A stretch of DNA of 18,537 nt. Origin: Paraspadella gotoi (Eukaryota; Animalia; Chaetognatha). Shown here piece by piece: positions 11,390 through 18,537 of the stretch; positions within the stretch are counted from its first letter, which is position 1; each line of letters starts with the position of its first letter. Both the position numbers and the translations under genes were made by a program. Below the pieces are notes generated by a model. That model was not told the origin of the DNA. It did no database searches and worked only from the letters and a program-made list of their open reading frames with translations. Location of the stretch: positions 1,269,971 through 1,288,507 of the forward strand of contig CM119270.1 of assembly GCA_051294375.1 (NCBI GenBank), in the 5' to 3' direction.

Positions 11390-12790
11390 GAGAGGGAGAG
11401 GAGTGAAAAGGGAGAGAGAGAAAGGAGAGGAAGAGAGAGAGACAGAGAGTAAAGAGATCCTGACGTTCACGCCCTTGGTCGGGGCCAAAGAAGAAGAGAA
11501 GGGAGAGGGCGGCCAATAGCGATCGCCGATTAAATATGTCTTCTTCTGTCTCTCTCTCTCCTCTCTCCTCTCTCTCTCTTCTCTCTCTCTCTCCTCTCGG
11601 CATGTGAAATATCACGAACGACACGACGACGACGACGACGAAGTTCTGCCTCCAACTAAACGACCGCCTTTTCCGAGTTGAAACCTCCTCCTCCTCTTCC
11701 TCTCTCCTCTTCCTCTTCCTCCTCCTCTCCTCGTCCGTCTCTTTCGTCGGCGGTGAATTTCTAGAAAAAACCCTCATCTCTCCTCTTCCTCCTCTCCTCT
11801 CTCTCTCTCTCTCTCTCTTTCCCACTCTCTCTCTCTCTCTCTCTCTCTCCTCTCTCTCTCCCTCTCTCTTCTCTATTCGCGCTCCTCTTCCCTCTTCCTT
11901 CTCCGCCCCGATTCCATAACGAAGGAGACCTAACTTCTCTCTCTCTCTCCTCTCTCCTTTCAAATGTTCTCCCTCCTCTCTTCCGCCTCTCGCTCTCTCT
12001 CTCTTTCAGTCTCCGGATCTTTTGATTTTCATCTCAGACGATTCCAATTTCGGTTCCATTCGTTCCATTTCTCGTCTCTCGCGATTATGATCCGATTCAA
12101 ATTCGATTCTCATAACTTTTCTACTTTTCATCTGATTTTTGTATCGTGTAAAATACAGAAAATACAGAAAACTTCAGTCGGCGGCTTCTGAAATATAAAT
12201 TTATTTCGAAAAGATAAAACGACGCAACTAAAAACAATAAAACAGAAACGATGGGCGAAAACTTTTTCAAGATACGCTCGAATTCGATTCACAACGTAAG
12301 CTAGTGCGCTCTCTCTCCTATCGTTCAAACGTCTCTGTCTCTCTCTTCCTGTTACAATAATTATCTTTTTAAACGCCCGTTTGCAAAAAATAATCCAAAA
12401 CATTGAAACATAAACCCAGAAAAATTGTAGAAATACTGAAGAACTAAATTCTGAAGAACTAGTAAAACGAAAAAATCTTTTTGTTCCGCAATATAAGCTA
12501 AAGTCACGTCGCGATTAAAACTAACGAGAAAGAAAACTACAAAGCAACATACTCAATAAAAACACGTAAAAAATAAATATAAAAAAATTCTCCAATAATC
12601 CTTTTCTATTCAACAAATGCTATTTTAAAAACGTCTTCCTTTAACTCTTCCCAATTTCAATCAGCGAACCCAACTCCAACTCCTTCAACACCCCCGGAAC
12701 GCCCCTTCAACACCCCCTCAACATCCTCCCCTCAAACGGCCAATCGCGTCTTCAAGGATGGACGCGACACACCTTGATCGCGCGGTCCCA
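11390..12790 (+). repeat. Duplicate copy 1 of the FoxA promoter/5' leader region (probable assembly artefact)
   Basis: Colinear with 12816..14480 (gagatcctgacgttcac...ggccaatagcgatcgccgattaaatatg...ttcaaggatggacgcgacacaccttgatcgcgc). Differences are mostly homopolymer or 1-bp indels. Ends at a 25-N gap. Confidence 0.9.
12758..12786 (+). other. Truncated duplicate of the first codons of the FoxA ORF (MDATHLDRA), cut by the N gap
   Basis: atggacgcgacacaccttgatcgcgc is identical to the sequence from 14453, then ggtccca and Ns. Confidence 0.8.
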
Positions 12791-13000
12791 NNNNNNNNNN
12801 NNNNNNNNNNNNNNNGAGAGGGAGAGGAGTGGAAGGAGAGAGTAGAAATAAGTGAGAGGAGAGGGAGTAATATTTTCACGAATCTTTTCGAATACTTCAA
12901 ATTTTTAATTCCTTTAAACATCGCGTTCGAAGCATGAGAAGCAGGTGAGGATAGATAGGAGAGAGAGACAGAATGCACGAGAGACGAGTAACGAGATGAT

Positions 13001-13037
<37 letters not shown>

Positions 13038-13038
13038 C

Positions 13039-13069
<31 letters not shown>

Positions 13070-13077
13070 TGAGATCC

Positions 13078-13156
13078 TGACGTTCACCGCCCTTGGTCGG
13101 GGTCCAAAGAAGAAGAGAAGGAGAGGGGCGGCCAATAGCGATCGCCGATTAAATAT
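13078..13156 (+). promoter_or_regulatory. Candidate upstream module: CRE half-site (tgacg), GC box (ggggcgg) fused to a CCAAT box (ggccaatag), and A/T element ttaaata
   Basis: Island of unique sequence between (GA)n and (CT)n tracts; tgacg at 13078, ggggcgg 13125..13131, ccaat 13132..13136. Also present in copy 1 (11461..11537). Function is inferred from motifs only. Confidence 0.4.
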
Positions 13157-13157
13157 G

Positions 13158-13189
<32 letters not shown>

Positions 13190-13208
13190 TCTCTCTTCTC
13201 TCTTCTCT

Positions 13209-13240
<32 letters not shown>

Positions 13241-13581
13241 GGCATCGGTGAAATATCACGAACGACGACGACGACGACGACGACGAAGTTCTGCCTCCCA
13301 ACTAAACCGACGCCTTTTCCGCAGTTGAAACCTCCTCCTCCTCTTCCTCCTCCTCCTCTTCCTCTTCTCCTCCTCCTCTCTCGTTCCCGTCTCTTTGCGT
13401 CGGCGGTGAATTTCTAGAAAAAAACCCTCATCCTCTTCCTCTTCCTCCTCTCTCTCTCTCTCTCTCTCCTCTCTGCTCTCTTCCTCTCTCTCTCTCTCTC
13501 TCTCCCCTCTTCTCTCCCTCTCTCTATTCCGCTCCTCTTCCCTCTTCCTTCTCCGCCCCGATTCCATAACGAAGGAGACCT

Positions 13582-13616
<35 letters not shown>

Positions 13617-13661
13617 AAATGTTTCTCCCTCTCTTTCCGCCTCTCGCTCTCTTCTCCTCTT

Positions 13662-13695
13662 TCAGTCTCCGGATCTTTGATTTTCATCTCAGACG
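13662..13695 (+). promoter_or_regulatory. Candidate FoxA core promoter: Inr (TCAGTC, A+1 = 13664) and DPE (AGACG at +28..+32)
   Basis: TCAGTC matches the arthropod Inr TCAKTY. AGACG at 13691..13695 matches the DPE RGWYV at the canonical +28 position. A GC box (ccgccc) lies ~110 bp upstream. Confidence 0.55.
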
Positions 13696-14452
13696 ATTCC
13701 ATCGAATTTCTGGTTCCATTCGGTTCCATTTCTCGTCTCTCGCGACGATGATCCGATTCAAATTCGATTCTCATTAAACTTTTCTATCTTTATCGATTTT
13801 TGTATCGTGTAAAATACAGAAAATACAGAAAACTTCAGTATCGGGCTTCTGAAATATAAATTTATTTCGAAAAGAATAAAACGACGCAACTAAAAAGTAA
13901 AAACAATAAAACAGAAACGATGGGCGACAAAACTTTTTCAAGATGACGCGCGAAATTCGATTCACAACGTAAGCTAGTGACGCTCTCTCTCTATCGTTCA
14001 AAACGTCTCTCTCTTCCTGTTACAAAATTATCTTTTTACCAAAACGCCCGTTTGCAAAAAATAATCTCAAAACATTTGGAAACAAAAACAAAACCCCGAA
14101 AAATTGTAGAACAAAATACTGAAGAACTAAATTCTGAAGAACTAGTCAAAAAACGAAAAACAATCTTTTTGTTCCGCAATATAAGCTAAAGTCACGTCGC
14201 GATTAAAACTAACGAAAATAAACTACAGCACAAACTCAAAAAAACACGTAAATATAATAATAATATAAAAAAATCTCCAACTAAATCCTTTTCTATTCAA
14301 CAAATGCTTATTTTAAAAACGTCTTCCATTTAACTCTTCCCAATTTCTAAATCGCGAACCAGCTCCAACTCCTTCCAACACCCCCCGGAACGCCCCTTCA
14401 ACACCCCCCTCAACATCCTCCCCCTCTCAAACGGCCAATCGCGTCTTCAAGG

Positions 14453-15358
14453 ATGGACGCGACACACCTTGATCGCGCCGTCGTCTCCTTCCCGGACATG
14501 TTGAGCCAGAAGCCCGGAGGTTACGGATCCTCGCCGACTTCGATGCACTTTCCGACTACATCCGGGTCTCCGCATCACATGACCTCGATGAGCTCGTCCA
14601 TGGGCGCCGCCGCGGGACTCATGTCCCATTATCCACCGCCGCCTCCTCATTCCATGGGTCACGGTATGGGCGCCATGGGAGCCGCTGCGGCGGCTGCCGC
14701 GGCGATCGGCGGCGCCGGAGCCGGCAACGCCGCCATGTCCGTCTCCACGCCCGTTTCCATGGGCACCATCGGTTCCATGGGTTCCATCGGCGCGATGGGC
14801 GCCGCCATGCCCGCTTGCGCGCCGGGCGCCGCCACTGGTTTGGCCACGCCGGGCGCCGGACATCCTTACAACGGCATAGGGGCTCACGGCGGACTGAGCC
14901 CTTCCATGGGCGGTACCGCCCCGCCCATGCATCATGGCGGATATCCTTCCTCCATGTCTCCAACCCTCGGAGCCATGGGCGGCGCGGCGGCGGCGGGTCT
15001 CTCCGGAACCGCCGCCTCCGTCGCCGCTCTCAAGAACGCCCGGGAAAAGTCGTACAGACGATCGTACACGCACGCGAAACCCCCGTACTCTTACATCTCT
15101 CTCATCACGATGGCCATTCAGAACTCTCCGTCAAAGATGCTGACGCTGAGCGACATCTATCAGTTCATCATGGACCTCTTCCCTTTCTACAGGCAAAATC
15201 AACAGAGATGGCAAAATTCCATCAGGCATTCTCTCTCCTTCAACGACTGTTTCGTCAAAGTTCCTCGATCGCCTGATAAGCCTGGCAAAGGCTCCTACTG
15301 GACCCTTCATCCAGATTCTGGGAACATGTTCGAAAACGGATGTTACCTGAGACGCCAG
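14453..15358 (+). CDS. fkh: Forkhead box protein A (fork head / HNF-3 / SGF-1-like), coding exon, 3'-partial; alternative start at ATG 14498 (MLSQK)
   Basis: Translation contains the FoxA-diagnostic [25 protein letters not shown]...[64 protein letters not shown]. It has the Met/Gly/Ala/Ser-rich N-terminal region typical of FoxA and is GC-rich against AT-rich flanks. Strict similarity ends at CAG|GTAAAG. Confidence 0.96.
15074..15358 (+). other. Forkhead (winged-helix) DNA-binding domain, AKPPYSY...CYLRRQ
   Basis: Recognised from the translated sequence; lacks only the terminal KRFK of wing 2. Confidence 0.95.
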
Positions 15359-15379
15359 GTAAAGTTCAGAGACGTAAGT
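15359..15379 (+). other. Intron 5' splice donor(s): CAG|GTAAAG at 15359 and GAC|GTAAGT at 15374, both phase 0
   Basis: Both match the GTRAG-like donor consensus. They are followed by an A-run, a stop at 15419..15421 and AT-rich repeat-laden sequence. Confidence 0.75.
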
Positions 15380-15522
15380 GAAAAAAAAAAGAAAAAGAAG
15401 ATTCGGGGTTTGATGGAGTGATGGGGGTATTTTGATGGGGAGATGGGGTTTTGATGTTGTGATGGGGATGAAGTGAAGGGATTTTGATGGATATCGATTT
15501 AGTTTTAAGATTTCCCCATTGT

Positions 15523-15609
15523 GAAATTGGTACAATTAATAGAAAATTCTCCATTCATTCAATAAATAAGCTATCTTGCCCCTGACTTTGAACAGGCTTT
15601 GGTTGTTTA
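15523..15609 (+). repeat. Dispersed ~80-bp repeat, copy B (copy A at 3206..3282), in the putative FoxA intron
   Basis: gaaattggtacaattaatagaaaattctccattcattcaataaataagctatcttgc...tgaacaggctttggttgttta. Confidence 0.85.
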
Positions 15610-15621
15610 AGGCCTCCATCG

Positions 15622-15768
15622 CTCTTACAAGATAATGACATAGCAGGTCCCTGCAAGCTTTAAATCAAGACTCTTACAAGAAAATAACATAGCAGGACCC
15701 AGCAAGCTTTAAATCAAGACTCTTACAGGATAATTTCATTGCACGACCTAGCAAGCTTTAAATCAAGA
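15622..15768. repeat. 49-bp minisatellite, 3 copies (ctcttacaagataat...gcaagctttaaatcaaga)
   Basis: Copies start at 15622, 15671 and 15720; substitution differences only. Confidence 0.93.
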
Positions 15769-16144
15769 TTCTCTGTTTATAATTGAGTTGAATGTAGCTG
15801 TTAAAATTTAGTAAAACTTTTTATAATTTTGAATTTAGGTTAATGATATGATTTCCCAATGACTTTAGCAACAATATATATTGCCAGGTCAACAATGAAG
15901 ACGACAATGATGACTCTGATGACAATGATGACAATCTTTTTCACCACAAAAAAGATTTCACCTCTTCTTTACTAAAAATTCAAAAAAATTGACTTTTTCA
16001 AGATTTTGAATCTAAACTATTGACAGGCCGCGAAAATTTTTTTTAAGCGAGAATATTTATAGTAATAACAATTAATTATTAGTAACAACAGCTAAAACAC
16101 AAGAATAACTCTGTTCTTGTCGATCAGATTAAATTAAAAGGGTG

Positions 16145-16148
<4 letters not shown>

Positions 16149-16192
<44 letters not shown>
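16149..16192. repeat. (GA)n microsatellite
   Basis: Directly visible. Confidence 0.9.
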
Positions 16193-16197
<5 letters not shown>

Positions 16198-16384
16198 CAC
16201 ATATTTTTTTCTATTCCACCAAAAATTGTGATCCTTATTTTCGAGGACTTCATTTCACTTTCTAGTGTGAGAGCAATGCATTCACACAATCACAATCTTC
16301 AGCCTCACGGGCTTAAGACCCGGGAGCAAAGCGCGAACAGAGGAAGGGAAGAGACGGAGAGGGAGAGGGAGAGAGAGAGGAGAG

Positions 16385-16803
16385 GGAGAGAGAGATACTG
16401 TTTCGTTGGATGTAAGGCTGTGAACTAAGAGCTTTTGGAGCCAAGATGAAAATTCTGTTACCGGATTGTGAAGAACACAAGGTTTAATTTTCAGAAACTA
16501 AAATTGATACGATAATTATCCATCAATAGACCCGTTCCGTGTGAATTTTGATGAACCTTAACCAATACCCGCACCTCACTTCTCATAAATTCTCACCCTA
16601 TTCAAACTCACGAATCCACCGATGAAGGGTCATAAGAAGTCTGACCTTCACTATGAGAGGAAATGGCGTCCATTATCTCAATCCGAGGAGAAAAAAACCC
16701 CCCGGCGGGGCTGGAACTTCATCGGGGACGCCCTGGTCCGTCCGGGAACAACTATTTCGATCTCCCCTCGCCACCGATCAATGTAGGAATGTTGTAACTC
16801 GGA
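16385..16803 (+). repeat. ~400-bp duplicated segment, copy 1 (copy 2 at 17755..18122)
   Basis: actgtttcgttg...gagccaagatgaa...caataccCgcacctcactt...ccccccggcggggctggaact...gatctcccctcgccaccga is shared by both copies; differences are dominated by indels. Confidence 0.9.
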
Positions 16804-17503
16804 ATTTCGTTTGAGGTAGTGAATAATTATTAATGGACTATCACATCTCATATTTTTGTTTCATTTAGTATCCGCGAAAGCAACAATTCATTAGACGAAT
16901 TCTTAATTCACAAATGGAAAATAGTTTTTGATGGGCGAACGGAGTGGAGAGAGAGAGAGGAAGGAGAGAGAGGGAAAGAGAGAGAGAGAGGGAAGAAAGG
17001 ANNNNNNNNNNNNNNNNNNNNNNNNNNNNNNNNNNNNNNNNNNNNNNNNNNNNNNNNNNNNNNNNNNNNNNNNNNNNNNNNNNNNNNNNNNNNNNNNNNN
17101 NNNNNNNNNNNNNNNNNNNNNNNNNNNNNNNNNNNNNNNNNNNNNNNNNNNNNNNNNNNNNNNNNNNNNNNNNNNNNNNNNNNNNNNNNNNNNNNNNNNN
17201 NNNNNNNNNNNNNNNNNNNNNNNNNNNNNNNNNNNNNNNNNNNNNNNNNNNNNNNNNNNNNNNNNNNNNNNNNNNNNNNNNNNNNNNNNNNNNNNNNNNN
17301 NNNNNNNNNNNNNNNNNNNNNNNNNNNNNNNNNNNNNNNNNNNNNNNNNNNNNNNNNNNNNNNNNNNNNNNNNNNNNNNNNNNNNNNNNNNNNNNNNNNN
17401 NNNNNNNNNNNNNNNNNNNNNNNNNNNNNNNNNNNNNNNNNNNNNNNNNNNNNNNNNNNNNNNNNNNNNNNNNNNNNNNNNNNNNNNNNNNNNNNNNNNN
17501 NNT

Positions 17504-17535
<32 letters not shown>

Positions 17536-17754
17536 TCCCAACCTGTCCCGCTTCTAAAAAAGAAAGAAAGAAAAAAAACTAACTCGAAAACTGAACAGCG
17601 TCACAGAAAAAGAAATCGAGAGTGAAAGGTTTTGTGAGGTTCACCCGAATTGAAGTCGGCCGGTTTTCTCACAAAACGGATGAAAGAAGAGGAGAGGAAA
17701 TAGAGAGAGAAAGGGAGAAAAGAGAAAGAGATGGGAGAGAAAGANNNNNNNNNN

Positions 17755-18122
17755 GAGAGAGAGAACTGTTTCGTTGATGAAGGCTGAACTGAAGAGCTTT
17801 TGTGAGCCAAGATGAAATCTGTTACCGGATTGTGAAGAACAAGTTTAATTTTCTGAAACTAATTGAACGTAATATCCACATAGACCCGTCGTGTGAATTG
17901 ATGAACCTTACCCAATACCCGCACCTCACTTCAAAAATTCTCACCCATTCAAACTCACGAATCCACCGTGAAAGGTCAAAATCTGACCTTCACTAGAAGG
18001 AAAGGTCGTCATTACTCAATCCGAGGAAAAAACCCCCCGGCGGGGCTGGAACTCGGGACCCCCTGGGTCCGAGACTAACTATTCGATCTCCCCTCGCCAC
18101 CGAAAGTAGGATTTGTACTCGA
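17755..18122 (+). repeat. ~370-bp duplicated segment, copy 2, bounded by N gaps on both sides (probable assembly redundancy)
   Basis: Colinear with 16385..16803; flanked by the 10-N gap 17745..17754 and the gap starting at 18126. Confidence 0.88.
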
Positions 18123-18537
18123 GATNNNNNNNNNNNNNNNNNNNNNNNNNNNNNNNNNNNNNNNNNNNNNNNNNNNNNNNNNNNNNNNNNNNNNNNNNNN
18201 NNNNNNNNNNNNNNNNNNNNNNNNNNNNNNNNNNNNNNNNNNNNNNNNNNNNNNNNNNNNNNNNNNNNNNNNNNNNNNNNNNNNNNNNNNNNNNNNNNNN
18301 NNNNNNNNNNNNNNNNNNNNNNNNNNNNNNNNNNNNNNNNNNNNNNNNNNNNNNNNNNNNNNNNNNNNNNNNNNNNNNNNNNNNNNNNNNNNNNNNNNNN
18401 NNNNNNNNNNNNNNNNNNNNNNNNNNNNNNNNNNNNNNNNNNNNAGAGAGAGAGAGAGTAAAAGAAAGAGAGATGGGGGATGGGTGGAAAAGAGAGGAGA
18501 GAGAATAAGAGAAAATTAGAAGTGTTACAAAGTAACA

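Larger units (their letters stand above)
12816..14480 (+). repeat. Duplicate copy 2 of the FoxA promoter/5' leader, contiguous with the FoxA exon
   Basis: Same alignment as copy 1; carries an extra ~12860..13040 segment and runs into the intact CDS. Confidence 0.88.

Noticed and set aside
12758-12790. Second FoxA paralogue or pseudogene
   Set aside because: Only ~9 codons before a 25-N gap, inside a duplication best explained by assembly redundancy.
13158-13660. (CT)n tracts as GAGA-factor/Polycomb response elements
   Set aside because: GA/CT repeats are everywhere in this window, so their presence near the promoter is uninformative without binding data.
15359-15421. ORF-track C-terminus [19 protein letters not shown] as the normal end of FoxA
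   Set aside because: It lacks KRFK and the conserved C-terminal FoxA region, starts at a splice donor and runs through an A-tract. Treated as intron, with the alternatives noted under findings.
14447-15535. Antisense and alternative-frame ORFs overlapping FoxA (208, 153, 134, 114 aa etc.)
   Set aside because: Shadow ORFs of a GC-rich coding exon with no independent signal.
15880-15960. Possible next FoxA exon at ttgccag|gtcaacaatgaagacgac (VNNEDDNDDSDD...)
   Set aside because: Weak pyrimidine tract, no FoxA similarity. It is a short GAY/AAY cryptic repeat, which also shows that Asp-like triplet runs arise non-codingly in this genome.

Overview
Eukaryotic, gap-ridden draft scaffold, AT-rich and dense in (GA)n/(CT)n microsatellites. 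The FoxA sequence and repeat landscape suggest an arthropod, possibly a crustacean (inference). The only well-supported gene is a coding exon of FoxA/fork head on the + strand (14453/14498..15358), with an almost complete forkhead domain ending at a GT donor; the C-terminal exon is not visible. A candidate Inr+DPE core promoter with exact +28 spacing lies at 13662..13695. Upstream is a ~5.5-kb tandem array (~5200..10690) of a ~126-bp unit. Its consensus reads on the minus strand as an open, ~86% acidic 42-aa repeat (DDDDDNEDDDNDDIDDDDDVDDDDNDDDDEDEEDEDDEDDID), so it is either a satellite or an error-frameshifted ultra-acidic protein exon. Two near-identical duplications (11390..12790 vs 12816..14480; 16385..16803 vs 17755..18122) differ mostly by indels and abut short N gaps, so they are probably long-read gap-filling artefacts. 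There are also several minisatellites and one ~80-bp dispersed repeat. No rRNA, tRNA, CRISPR or transposase was found.
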